DNA of 64,000 bases from an uncultured delta proteobacterium (GTDB lineage: Bacteria; Desulfobacterota; RBG-13-43-22): positions 224,001-288,000 of the forward strand of contig CAWBOS010000012.1 in assembly GCA_963790475.1 (NCBI GenBank), in the 5' to 3' direction. The translations under genes were made by a program, and so were the position numbers. The notes under the pieces are model-generated. The model saw only the letters and a program-made list of their open reading frames with translations, ran no database searches and had not been told where the DNA came from. This document shows positions 9,437 through 19,777 of this stretch, piece by piece. The stretch's first letter is position 1. Each line of letters starts with the position of its first letter.

Positions 9437-11614
9437 TCATTCTTTCCTGATCCGGCACAACAGCGCCGTGTGAGGCCAACTGCCGATCTCCGGGCTGCAA
9501 TATTCCGATCCGTCCGGGCAAAGCACATTGGCATTCGATTCGAAGACACTGAAAAGAGTCGGAGCCGCCTCTTCCCTTTCCGGAAACCACCATCCGTGTT
9601 CGGCATCAGCCATGCGCCGGTCGATCCTGTCCGAAAGATGCAGACGCAGACGAATGCTTCCCTGGGGGGTTTCAACCCGAACCCAATCCCCTTCAATCAA
9701 ATTCAGGACGGCGGCGGTTTCCGGGTGCAGGGTCACCAGCGGATCAGGCCGTTTTTTTCTGGCTCCCTCAACCTGCCTCTGTTCCGAGTGGTACATGGGC
9801 ATAAACCGGCTTCCGGTAATCAGGACCAGGGGAAAATCCCGGGTCGATGGAGAATCGTTCAAGGGGCTTTGGGCCATCTCGCGGTAGACCGGCAAAGGTT
9901 CACAGCCCAGCGCCTCGAAAGTGCTCGATCGCAGTTCCACTTTACCCGATGGGGTACCGAACCCATATTTTTTGTAGCGCTCAAATTCCGGCTTTCCGAA
10001 GAGACCGTTTTGTTCCAGGAGCCGGTTGAAGGTCAAACCCAGCGGGGACAGTCTATAGTCCCAGACTTCGTCAATGTCTTTCCAGGGCCAGTGTTCGCTC
10101 TGCCCCAGTCTGACGGCTAACCCCCGCCAGAAATCATAGGTATTCCGCCGCTCAAAAAGGGGCTCGATCCCTCTGGGGCAGGCCACACAGAAGCCCCCCG
10201 TCAACCAGAGCTCGGTCGTCTCCACGGTGGAACAGATGGGAAAAACATAATCAGCCAGGGCGGCGGAAGGCGTAAGAAAGAATTCACCGACGACATAAAG
10301 CTCCAGGTTCATCAAGGCATCATAGGTGTGGCGGATATTTGGCAGGGAAAGCATGGGATTGCTGGCTACCGAGATGGCGGCCGTGACCGGATAAGGTTGG
10401 TGGGTAATCATGGCCTCAAAAACCGGTCTGGCGTGAGCCATACAGGTCATGTCGGCATTTGGGGGACGCATATATTCACGGGGGAGGCGTCGGTTGGCCT
10501 GCTCACTTCTCGACCAGCCCGGGAAGCCAAAAAAAGGATATTGATCGGTCCCCAATTGTTTGGCTCGCTGTTCGGCCGGCAGGATCTCGTTTAATTGCAT
10601 TTCCTCGTCGTTGATGATTTTTCCGACCGGATCGTTGCAGCCCAGAGATTCACCCCCCGGAATGTCCAGATTGCCGGTCAGAGCCTTCAAACAGCATCTC
10701 GCCCTGGCCGCCTGAGTGGCATTGAGGCCCTGCTTGTCCAGACCGAAACCCCAGGTAATGACCGCCGGTTTGGTCATCCCATACAAACGGGCTGATTCGA
10801 TGACCTGCTCCGGAGTCAGCCAGGTGATTTCCGCCACCCTTTGAGGCGTGTAGGCGGCAGCGGCGGCTTTAAGATCTTCGAATCCCACCGTCCAGTTGGC
10901 AACGAAGTCCCGGTCATAGAGTCCTTCTTCAATGATGATCCTGATCCAGCCGAGCATCAGAGCCACATCGGTGCCGGGTCTTATCTGCAGCCAGAGATCG
11001 GCTTTTTCCGCCTCGGCAATGCGGCGGGGATCCACGACCATGAGTTTTGCCCCGTTCTTTTGGGCCTGGAGGATCAGGGGATAAAGACCGATCGGATCGG
11101 ATTGGGAGGGGCCATGTCCCCAAAGCACCACCAAGCGGGTATGCCTGAAGTCCCCCCAGGTAAATCCGCCGTAAGTGGCGTATTCAACCGCCTGAGTGGG
11201 GCACATGCAGACATTATTGACCCCGCAGACATTCGGCGATCCGAAAAGATTGAAAAAGCGGCGTTCATCCCAATGATAGGTCCGCTTGGTGCCGTGGGTA
11301 AAGGCCAGGGTCTCCGGGCCGTGTTTTTGGCGAAGAGCCTCCAGTTTTCCGGCCACTTCATCCAGGGCCTGATCCCAATCCAGACGCTGCCATTTCCCCG
11401 ATCCTCTTTCCCCCTGGCGTTTAAGGGGGTAATTGATTCTACCCGGGTGATGAACATGCTCGGGCATCAAATGGCCTCTGGAGCAGATCCGGCCCCTGGT
11501 TACGGGGTGTTCCGGGTCCCCTTTGACCTTGATGATTCGGCCGTCTTCTATTTCCAGAATCAGACCGCACCGAGGATGGCATAATCCGCAATAAGATCTT
11601 CTGATTTCAGTCAT
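9437..11614 (-). CDS. Mo/W-bisPGD oxidoreductase, acetylene-hydratase-like, no TAT signal
   Basis: N-terminal CGLCHPRC...C Fe-S motif, YPLKR, GSPN-x7-C metal ligand, PGTDVAL, TPSGKVEL, HGWWFPE; GGAGG favours the ATG at 11614. Confidence 0.9.
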   Translation of the reverse strand: MTEIRRSYCGLCHPRCGLILEIEDGRIIKVKGDPEHPVTRGRICSRGHLMPEHVHHPGRINYPLKRQGERGSGKWQRLDWDQALDEVAGKLEALRQKHGPETLAFTHGTKRTYHWDERRFFNLFGSPNVCGVNNVCMCPTQAVEYATYGGFTWGDFRHTRLVVLWGHGPSQSDPIGLYPLILQAQKNGAKLMVVDPRRIAEAEKADLWLQIRPGTDVALMLGWIRIIIEEGLYDRDFVANWTVGFEDLKAAAAAYTPQRVAEITWLTPEQVIESARLYGMTKPAVITWGFGLDKQGLNATQAARARCCLKALTGNLDIPGGESLGCNDPVGKIINDEEMQLNEILPAEQRAKQLGTDQYPFFGFPGWSRSEQANRRLPREYMRPPNADMTCMAHARPVFEAMITHQPYPVTAAISVASNPMLSLPNIRHTYDALMNLELYVVGEFFLTPSAALADYVFPICSTVETTELWLTGGFCVACPRGIEPLFERRNTYDFWRGLAVRLGQSEHWPWKDIDEVWDYRLSPLGLTFNRLLEQNGLFGKPEFERYKKYGFGTPSGKVELRSSTFEALGCEPLPVYREMAQSPLNDSPSTRDFPLVLITGSRFMPMYHSEQRQVEGARKKRPDPLVTLHPETAAVLNLIEGDWVRVETPQGSIRLRLHLSDRIDRRMADAEHGWWFPEREEAAPTLFSVFESNANVLCPDGSEYCSPEIGSWPHTALLCRIRKE

Positions 11615-11636
11615 GGCAAAACCTCCCCCTCCACTC

Positions 11637-12164
11637 CTATTTCGGCAGGAATCCCACGTCGAGGCCCGCAAAGTTGTGCTCGATGCCCATCTCGTCCAAG
11701 ATCTGTGATATCTGCCCGCGATGATGGATGCTGTGCGTGATGCTCGTGCTCAAGAGGTAATGGACGGGCACCGCGTCGGGCTTCCCGCCGAACCAGGATA
11801 CCTTGACCGGAGTGACGAAATCGCTCTCGGCGAGACCGGCGATGAAATCGACGGTGGCCTGATCGGCGACTGTGGCGACCTTCTTAAGCTCGGACCATTG
11901 GTCCGCGCTAAGGGAATCACCCTTGGGCGCCTTGAGGCCCTCGGTAGCTTTAAGCGCCGAGGACGCCGCGGGGACGGCCGTGCGTAAAAGACCGTGGAAA
12001 AAGGGGGTTACGCCCAAGGCATGGCAGGCGAGACCGGAGAGACTCTTGTAGTAGCTTTTCCTATTCTCGTTGCGAGCTTCCTCCGACAGGCCGTCCAGCA
12101 AGGCGATGACCGAAGCGTTAGCCCTTTGGGTGTACTTTGCATACATGAGCAGTAGATCTTTCAT
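11637..12164 (-). CDS. DinB/YfiT family protein
   Basis: YxxxAN, SLxGLxxH, HSIHHRGQISQIL. Confidence 0.85.
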   Translation of the reverse strand: MKDLLLMYAKYTQRANASVIALLDGLSEEARNENRKSYYKSLSGLACHALGVTPFFHGLLRTAVPAASSALKATEGLKAPKGDSLSADQWSELKKVATVADQATVDFIAGLAESDFVTPVKVSWFGGKPDAVPVHYLLSTSITHSIHHRGQISQILDEMGIEHNFAGLDVGFLPK

Positions 12165-12321
12165 ACAATACCTCCTAAGTAGAATTTATATTTTTATTAA
12201 TTTTAACTCAAAAATATTCCTCTAACAAATGTAATTTACGAAAACAGGTCGTCCCCTATTTCCTATACCATCCCCGGATTTCCCTTTGCGCTATCTAACA
12301 AAAAAGGATCATCTGCCGGAA

Positions 12322-13872
12322 TTATGGCCGAAAGGTGAAAGTATGGGTGCCGGGCTTAGTCGCCTTTCTGGCCAGACTTGCCCAACGACAGAGTATCGGC
12401 CGCGTTTCCCGCGGATCGATTATCTCTTCGATCTCAAAGAACTCCGCGGATCTGAACGGGGATCGGACCCGGTTAAGACGATCTCTGATCTTGGCCAGGT
12501 GGGCATCATAGTCATCGCTTTTGGCAAGTTCCGCCTTATAGGCCACTTCGATCCCGCCTTCGATCGGCAAAGAGCCCCAGTCACCGGACGGCCAGGCGTA
12601 GCGAAAATGATGACTGCCGGGTTTGTGATTGGCCCCGCCGGCCACTCCAAAGGCCTTGCGGATTACAACGCAGCAGAAAGGAACCGACGATTGCCCCAGA
12701 GCCGCCAGCGCCTGGGAGCCGAAACGAATAGTTCCAGCATGCTCCGCCTCTTTGCCGATTAAGAACCCGGGGCAGTCCTCCAGGTGTATCAGAGGCAAAT
12801 GGAAGGTGGAGGCCAGATCGATAAAACGGGACAATTTTCGGCAGGAATCCGCCGTCCAGGCGCCACCGTAAAAGAACGGGTCCTCAGCAAAAATCGCCAC
12901 CGGAATGCCGCCCAAACGTGCAAAACCACAGATCACCGAGCAGCCCCATTTTGCGCCGATCTCGAAAAAGGACCCTTGATCGGCGACCGATTCAATTATG
13001 GCGCGCATCTTGTAAACCTTACGAGGATTTTTAGGAACAATGCTCAACAGCAGTTCATCTCGTCTTTCCGTGCTGTCTTTTAAATCGCTTAAAGGCGGCA
13101 GTTCATCTACGTTGCTCGGGAGATAGGAAAGAAACCGGCGAACCTTTTGGAAGGCCTCTGACTCGGTATTCGCCTCATCATCGATAGCGCCATTCCGGGT
13201 ATGGATCCGGGCGTCCCCCAACTCTTCTTTGGATACAGTTCCGAGGTTGGCCCAATCCACCAGGGCCGGACCGGCAATCATCATCTGGGCGGTATTTCTG
13301 ACGATAATGGAATAATGGCTGGTGGCAACCCGTGCGGCGCCGATTCCGGCAACCGACCCGAGAGCCAGGGATATGGACGGCGCCACCCCCAGATGGTTAA
13401 CCACGACTTCCCAGCTTCGCAATTCGGGTATGTAGGTGCGACCGGCCATCTCGATGGTCTTCACGGACCCACCCCCTCCCATTCCGTCCACGAGTCTTAT
13501 GTGAGGCAGCCGGAGTTCATAGGCGATCCCTTCGGCCTGGACGCGTTTGGCCGGTATGGAGGCATCGGCGGAACCCCCGCGGACGGTGAAATCATCGCCG
13601 GAAACTACGACCGGCCGGCCATCGATGTCAGCGGTCCCAAAAACAAAATTCGAAGGCATAAACGCCTTCAGCTCGCCGTTCTCGTTGTATTGTCCGCGCC
13701 CGGCCAGTTCGCCGATTTCGTGGAAGGTATTCTGATCTACAACGGCATCAAGGCGTTCCCGTATGGTCAGCTTACCGAATTTGTGCTGACGGGCCACCTT
13801 CTCTTCTCCGCCCATCTGATGGGCTAAAGCGGAACGGGCGTGGAGCTCATCTATTTCTCGATCCCAGCTCAT
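12322..13872 (-). CDS. Acyl-CoA carboxyltransferase (carboxylase/decarboxylase beta subunit)
   Basis: QHKFGKLTIRER, DDFTVRGGS, DCPGFLIG, RKAFG, EIIDPRETR. Confidence 0.93.
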   Translation of the reverse strand: MSWDREIDELHARSALAHQMGGEEKVARQHKFGKLTIRERLDAVVDQNTFHEIGELAGRGQYNENGELKAFMPSNFVFGTADIDGRPVVVSGDDFTVRGGSADASIPAKRVQAEGIAYELRLPHIRLVDGMGGGGSVKTIEMAGRTYIPELRSWEVVVNHLGVAPSISLALGSVAGIGAARVATSHYSIIVRNTAQMMIAGPALVDWANLGTVSKEELGDARIHTRNGAIDDEANTESEAFQKVRRFLSYLPSNVDELPPLSDLKDSTERRDELLLSIVPKNPRKVYKMRAIIESVADQGSFFEIGAKWGCSVICGFARLGGIPVAIFAEDPFFYGGAWTADSCRKLSRFIDLASTFHLPLIHLEDCPGFLIGKEAEHAGTIRFGSQALAALGQSSVPFCCVVIRKAFGVAGGANHKPGSHHFRYAWPSGDWGSLPIEGGIEVAYKAELAKSDDYDAHLAKIRDRLNRVRSPFRSAEFFEIEEIIDPRETRPILCRWASLARKATKPGTHTFTFRP

Positions 13873-14173
13873 ATTACTCGAATCCTTTCTTCATAAAGGC
13901 CCCTTCCAGCGGACCAGGTTGTTCCGGGGGCGATAATAAATTTTCAACAGACATTGCCTTTCAACGATTTAAGACCCTAGTTTTTTCATTGAATAATTTA
14001 TTATGGGCTTTTTTGTTCGCCCCACGCCGCGGCTCACTCCCACCCCTTCGGGGTGGTGCCTAGTTTCAGCAACCCGTTATGTTCTCTTTTGATGAGAAGA
14101 GTATAATGGGAGAAAGGGATCGGGGCAAGAGGAAAACAAGGGGCGAAGGCCAGGGAGGAGATGGGGATCCTTA

Positions 14174-14341
14174 TTAAAATTCCATTTCCTTTACATCGCT
14201 GGCGATGATGAGGGAAGCCTCGGTCTGGTTTATTATTTCCTCCGGGGTCCATCCGGGCGCGAATTCCCGGAGAAGCAATCCGCTTTCAGTTACTTTAATG
14301 ACGGCGATATCCGTTACGATGAGATCGACACAAGCCCTAGC
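14174..14341 (-). pseudogene. C-terminal remnant of a family I CoA-transferase beta subunit
   Basis: Manual translation ARACVDLIVTDIAVIKVTESGLLLREFAPGWTPEEIINQTEASLIIASDVKEMEF*, typical of the ScoB/AtoA C-terminus; no start codon. Confidence 0.75.
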
Positions 14342-14795
14342 TGGTAGTCAAAAGGGGCCTCGTTTAATTCCGTCTGTTTCAGGAGGTAGTCCAGAGGAAG
14401 CTCGATCAGGGTTCCACTTCGAAGGAACTCAATTTAAAAGAATAAGGATAGGGGATGATCCCCACGTAGGGGCAGATACGGAAATTGGAGAGAGTGACCA
14501 TGTGGTCCAGTTCTCCCATAACCTCGACGGCATCCATTTCGATCCCGATTTCTTCCTCGGTCTCCCGTAAAGCCGTTGTCAAACAATCCAGGTCCTCAAA
14601 ATTAAAGGCCTCGCCCGGAAAGCAGATCTGTCCCTTGTGATGTTCCACCCTGTCCGTCCGCTTGGTTAAAAGGATATGGGTTTCCCGGTTTTTTTGAAAT
14701 AGGGGAATTAAAACAGCCGAAGGTGCCAGGTCCGGACGGTCGGTTATCCGTTTGCATTTTTTGTTCAGGCATCGTTTAAGTTTTTCTTTTTCCAT
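14342..14795 (-). pseudogene. Nudix CoA pyrophosphatase, frameshifted and 3'-truncated
   Basis: SAVLIPL, LLTKR, HKGQICFPG, TALRETEEEIG; after EVE a one-base shift gives LIELPLDYLL before the sequence breaks off. Confidence 0.82.
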
Positions 14796-14805
14796 CTTTT
14801 CCGGT

Positions 14806-15570
14806 CTAAGGGGTTCCGTATTCGTGAAGATATTCATCAAACACTTTTTTGAGGGACGCGGAGATCGGCTGCCATTCGCCTTCCACCTGAACCGGGATTT
14901 GCCCGGCAAAGAGATATTCGACCACCTCGGAAATCGGGGCTATCGAATAAACCGCCACCCCGGTTGTGTCGGTGAATTTTTTCAAGGCGTCCTCCCCCTT
15001 TTTCCCCGGAATGACCTTCCCCTCCGAATCATAGCAGGCCGTGGTCTGTTGACGGTCTATGCCCAGACATAAACCCACCACCCGAACCGAGATCTTTTTC
15101 TGCTCTCGTTCCCGATCGATTTTCTGCAGGAGGTCATATTTGGTGGCCATGGAGGTGCCCACATCATCAACGATCCATATCCCGCAGTCATCGAAGAAGG
15201 TGTTGTTGACCATCAGGTTCTTTTGTCCGGAGGCTTCGCCGTAATCTTTCAGCTCTTTTCGGTCGTATTCAAAAAGAATTTCTTTCCGCTGCTCGGTCCA
15301 GAAGTTTATGGCCATGGCCTGGGCAATGGCGCTGCCTTTATAGGAAGGCCCTAAAAGGATATCCACTTCCGGTAACCGGTTCAATTCCAGGAGGCGGCGG
15401 ACAAAAAAAGAACCAAGAGAAAAGCTCAATTTGCCGGTACACAGACGCCCCATATTGACAAAATAAGGACTGGGGCGGCCGTCCTTCAAGATCAGTCCCT
15501 TTCTGAAAAAAAGACAGCCCGTTTCAGCTAAAAAACGGGTGAATTCCTGTTGATAGGGTTTAAGAGGCAT
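14806..15570 (-). CDS. pyrE: Orotate phosphoribosyltransferase
   Basis: LKDGRPSPYF, GPSYKG, DRKELKDYGE, PRPP-binding IVDDVGTS. Confidence 0.85.
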   Translation of the reverse strand: MPLKPYQQEFTRFLAETGCLFFRKGLILKDGRPSPYFVNMGRLCTGKLSFSLGSFFVRRLLELNRLPEVDILLGPSYKGSAIAQAMAINFWTEQRKEILFEYDRKELKDYGEASGQKNLMVNNTFFDDCGIWIVDDVGTSMATKYDLLQKIDREREQKKISVRVVGLCLGIDRQQTTACYDSEGKVIPGKKGEDALKKFTDTTGVAVYSIAPISEVVEYLFAGQIPVQVEGEWQPISASLKKVFDEYLHEYGTP

Positions 15571-15572
15571 TA

Positions 15573-16586
15573 TTAGAACCTCCCGGTTATCTGGAGAAAA
15601 AGGCCGATCTGCAGGGCCTTGGCTTCATCTAATGACACCCTGGCCACAGTATTATTAGAAAAAAAAGTGGTATCCGCACCGTCTTGGGCATAGAAATAAG
15701 ACACTCGCCCCCCCCCTTCGATTTCCAGGAATTTCAGGGGTTGGTAAACCAGGGAAATGGCCCCGTCCATTCCTAAAATCCCGAAGTTGTCGGCTTCATG
15801 GGAAAAACTGGGATCTTTTCTTAAATCATCCCGCAGGTTCCATACCCCGTCCCCTTTGTAATGCATAAAAGGAAAAAAGGCCAGGTGGGTTTTTAATCTT
15901 AAAGGATTTATCCCCGACTGGAGGGTATTTGCTAAGGCCACTTCACTCTTGATCCCCAATCGCAACGCGTCCCAGTTAAAGTCATAGCGGGAATCCAGAC
16001 CGGTAATAGGGGTGTTAGTATCCTGACCAGATAAAATGGTCCAAAGGCCATTGGTCATAGTGATATTTTCTTCATAATGCTGCCACCCTATGAAAGGTTT
16101 AAACACCCTGCGGGGGTGAGAGGTGAAAGAAAATGTGGTCTGGATATCAGCGGTCCAGAAGGTCGCGTCTTCGCTGGCATCGAATCGGGACCGTTGAAAC
16201 AATCCACTGGACAGGAAATCGGAATCCGTACCATCTCCCTTCAAGCCTTGGCCTTTTCCATATTGGATACATAAAGAAACATAAGAGTCGGGATGGTTGA
16301 TATCCAGAACCACGAATGGGATACCTCCGCTTATCCCCTTAAATTCCAAGGTCGATCGGCTTCGTCCGTTTTGATCCGGAAAGCTGATTTCCCAGGAGCT
16401 GGTACTACTGGAATAAAGATATCCAAGACCGATATCGACTATGTTCGACGGCTGGCCCCAGATTAAGGACCACCTTTTCGCAGGTATTGAGGGGGAAAGA
16501 GCCTCTTCTGCAGCTTCAACAGAAAAAAAGGCCGCTTGGAGAAACAGTAAGGCCAATATCACGGGGATGAGAACCAATTTTTTCAT
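15573..16586 (-). CDS. Outer-membrane beta-barrel, omptin-like
   Basis: Signal peptide, alternating amphipathic strands, GDGTDSD motif, terminal Phe. Confidence 0.65.
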   Translation of the reverse strand: MKKLVLIPVILALLFLQAAFFSVEAAEEALSPSIPAKRWSLIWGQPSNIVDIGLGYLYSSSTSSWEISFPDQNGRSRSTLEFKGISGGIPFVVLDINHPDSYVSLCIQYGKGQGLKGDGTDSDFLSSGLFQRSRFDASEDATFWTADIQTTFSFTSHPRRVFKPFIGWQHYEENITMTNGLWTILSGQDTNTPITGLDSRYDFNWDALRLGIKSEVALANTLQSGINPLRLKTHLAFFPFMHYKGDGVWNLRDDLRKDPSFSHEADNFGILGMDGAISLVYQPLKFLEIEGGGRVSYFYAQDGADTTFFSNNTVARVSLDEAKALQIGLFLQITGRF

Positions 16587-16801
16587 TATATAACAATACC
16601 TGCGCTTGACTTTTAAGCCCTTTCTTCTATAGTTATTTCAAATTACCAAACATCTGAAGATATTTTTTTAATGCCCCTCAACCTCCTTTTACCGAAGGGA
16701 GCCTTTGGGAAGCTCCCCCCTTAGTAAAGGGAAGCGGGCCGAATTGGCCTTCATCCCGGTGACCAACCGGGGATTAACTTGCTAAATCAGGATTTTTTCT
16801 C

Positions 16802-17969
16802 ATGTCCCTTGGAATCGATTCTTTTTTATCATATCCCCCGGCTGATTTGCAGAATAAACGTTGGGGCCTGCTGTCCAACCTGGCCTCGGTGAATGTAACT
16901 GGATACCATAGCAAAGATCTCCTCCGGGGTAAATTCAAAAATAACCTGAAAGCCCTGTTTTCTCCCCAGCATGGATTCTGGGGCACGGAACAGGACAACA
17001 TGATTGAAACCCCGGATGCTCCGGATCCGGCAACGGGTTTACCTGTTTACAGCCTTTATAGCCACACCCGGAGGCCCACCGACCGGATGATGGAAGGCAT
17101 TGATGTTCTCCTGATAGACCTGCAGGATATTGGGACTCGGGTCTATACTTTTATCACCACCCTGGCCTATTGCCTTGAGGAAGCCCGAAGACTGGGGAAG
17201 GAGATTATTGTTCTGGATCGGCCCAACCCGATTGGAGGAACCGCGGTGGAAGGGAATATCCTTAATCAGGCCATGATTTCCTTTGTCGGGGTCCATCCCC
17301 TGCCCATGCGCCATGGCCTGACCATGGGAGAATTAGCCCGATTGTTTAATCAGGAAATGGGCATCCAGGCCGAGCTCCGGGTGATCCCCATGAAGGAGTG
17401 GGATCGGTCCCGATATTTTGATCAAACCGATTATCCCTGGATCATGCCTTCTCCCAACATGCCGGGTCTATCTACGGCCCTGGTTTATCCCGGTCAGGTA
17501 ATCTGGGAAGGGACCAATGTCTCCGAGGGCCGGGGCACCACACGTCCTTTTGAAGTTTTTCGGGGCCCCGTTTATCGATCCTCAGGAGGTCAAAGACTAT
17601 CTTAAAGATATTTTTTTACCGGGGGTCCGGTTGATTGAGACCACCTTTCGCCCGACCTTTCAAAAATGGCAGGGGCAGGAATGCCGGGGATTTTTCTTGT
17701 GGGTGTTTGATCGGCAGGCTTTTAAACCCTATTTTACTTCCCTGACCTTGCTCCAGGCTGTAAAAACTCTTTATAAGGATGCCTTTCAATGGAAAGCCCC
17801 TCCTTATGAATATGAAACCAGGCGATCGCCTATTGATTTATTGATTGGCGATCAGGAAATTCGACAAGCCCTGGAAAGCGGCCATTCCATCCCCGAACTG
17901 GAGGCCTCCTGGATGGCCGGACTGAACAACTTTCTGCAACTTCGCCAGAAATATCTGCTTTACTCCTGA
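16802..17969 (+). pseudogene. namZ: DUF1343 / NamZ exo-beta-N-acetylmuramidase, frameshifted near 17556
   Basis: LFSPQHG, DLQDIGTRVYTF, LDRPNPIGG, PMRHGLTMGE, PSPNMP, SEGRGTT; an extra T in GAAGTTTTTCGGGG separates FE-VF from GAPFI. Confidence 0.85.
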
Positions 17970-18259
17970 GTTCAAATCCGTAATCTTCCATTTTGACAAA
18001 GCTGGCTGAGGAGTGGACCCTGCGGACCCTGAATACGAGGTGAAGTTCTCAAGCAGTAAGGGGCTGCCTTTTCTTTTCCAATGAATCTCCTTCTTTCGGC
18101 AAAGTCCAGACCCAGATGGTCCAATTTTCTTCAAATGGCTCCCCCCGTTTTTGCCCCACCCTTTTTTACCTTCTTTATTTTATTTTTTTCTTGTTTTATA
18201 TTATTCCCATAGAAAAACCTATCAACTTTTAATCTAAAAATCATGGAAATAGTAATTAT

Positions 18260-19150
18260 ATGAAAATACTACTTGCTACAGACGGCTCAGAATATTCTGG
18301 CAGAGCAGCTAAGTTCCTGACTAACCTTAATTTGTCTTCACATGACGAAATTACCGTACTCCATGTCATAACTGATGTCCCGTTTAGGGATAAAGGGGCG
18401 TCTTACCACGCCAGTCTCAAGCAAATAAAACAAGAAATTGGCGAAAAGATTATTGGAACAACTACAAATATTCTCAGACCGCTCAATACAAAAATTAACT
18501 CTTTGTTGGCAGATGGTTATCCAGGCAAAAGGATTATTGATACGGCAGAAGATCTGAATATGAACATGATTGTCATGGGACCTAAGGGAATAAAAGGCAT
18601 TAAAAGGATTCTTATAGGAAGTGTGACGAGATTTGTAGCTATTAATTCTTCAAAACCGGTACTTATTGTAAAATCTCCTCAGGGAGAACTATCTGGTAAC
18701 TTAAAAGTTCTTTTTGCAACTGACGGTTCCGGTCATGCTACCGAGACAGGAAGGTTCTTAAATTCGATACCTTTTCCTAATGATGCAGAAATAACTGTTT
18801 TGCACGTAATACAATCTGGGTTGGATATACCAGAAAAGTCTAATATAAAAATAGATGAAAGAATGAAAAAGATTCTGACTGAGGTCAAGTCGTTGGCATT
18901 GAAAGAATCGGAAAAGATTATAGAGCAGGCGTGTAAATTTATAGGTGATAAATTTACAAAGGTAAACAGCTTAACAAAAGATGGAGATCCCTCTTTAGAG
19001 ATACTAAATACGGCAACGATGCTAAAAACAGACATAATTGTGGTTGGTGGTAAAGGTATGAGAGGAATAAAAGGAATGCTGGGAAGTGTATCCAGATACA
19101 TTCTTGGCCATTCGGGATGCTCTGTTTTAATAGGAAAGTCAGGCAAGTAG
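18260..19150 (+). CDS. Tandem-domain universal stress protein
   Basis: Two USP repeats (ILLATDGS / VLFATDGS; IGSV / LGSV); visibly AT-rich. Confidence 0.92.
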   Translation: MKILLATDGSEYSGRAAKFLTNLNLSSHDEITVLHVITDVPFRDKGASYHASLKQIKQEIGEKIIGTTTNILRPLNTKINSLLADGYPGKRIIDTAEDLNMNMIVMGPKGIKGIKRILIGSVTRFVAINSSKPVLIVKSPQGELSGNLKVLFATDGSGHATETGRFLNSIPFPNDAEITVLHVIQSGLDIPEKSNIKIDERMKKILTEVKSLALKESEKIIEQACKFIGDKFTKVNSLTKDGDPSLEILNTATMLKTDIIVVGGKGMRGIKGMLGSVSRYILGHSGCSVLIGKSGK

Positions 19151-19174
19151 CAATTTTGGGTTCTTTAGGTGGAA

Positions 19175-19555
19175 TTACTGGAGGCTCTTTTCAGCGCCCT
19201 TTGCCAAGCAACTTCTCCAGTTGTAGCAGTTCACCGTCTCGGGTTGGAATTCTCCCCACCAAAGAGCACAACTATTTGCGTCCAGTGGAATCCCAACTAC
19301 TAGTACTTCAGCACAAGCACATAGACGCAGGTCTGAAACCAGTTCCGGAGGCAGGCGATCCCCGATACTCCGAGATGCTTTCCTCACTTCTTCAATTTTT
19401 TGAAGACTGATTGAAGGATTTGCAGTCATCCAAATATAGGGTCGTACTCCAGGCCGGCGCAACATTTTCGACAAAGCATTGATGTTGTCAGACTCCTGAG
19501 CAACTCCTGGTAAACATAATCCCCTCGCCACATTTTGCAGAATGACATTCCGCAT
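19175..19555 (-). CDS. Hypothetical protein or gene remnant
   Basis: 126 aa ORF in an AT-richer islet; no motif recognised. Confidence 0.25.
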   Translation of the reverse strand: MRNVILQNVARGLCLPGVAQESDNINALSKMLRRPGVRPYIWMTANPSISLQKIEEVRKASRSIGDRLPPELVSDLRLCACAEVLVVGIPLDANSCALWWGEFQPETVNCYNWRSCLAKGAEKSLQ

Positions 19556-19777
19556 AAAGATTCCGCAAGCAGTATAGAAGAAATGCCAGCTTCACGCTCT
19601 AGGCCGGGTAGTTCAACCATCTCTCTCTCATATTTTTATTAGTATTCCTCAATTTTAGTCCAGCTTCCAAGCAAGAGCAGGATGTGAAATATCCTATCCA
19701 ATGGAATATCAGTTCATGGATTTTATTTGACTTTTTGATTATTAAAGTATAGAGATTTTTACGTAATATTAAACTGT

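Noticed and set aside
9437-11614. Calling either Mo enzyme acetylene hydratase, formate dehydrogenase or nitrate reductase
   Set aside because: The Asp13 equivalent is His, and no Fdh/Nap-specific motifs or partner genes were seen
14406-14408. TGA ending the Nudix ORF as possible selenocysteine
   Set aside because: Homology continues in another frame (LIELPLDYL), so a frameshift explains it
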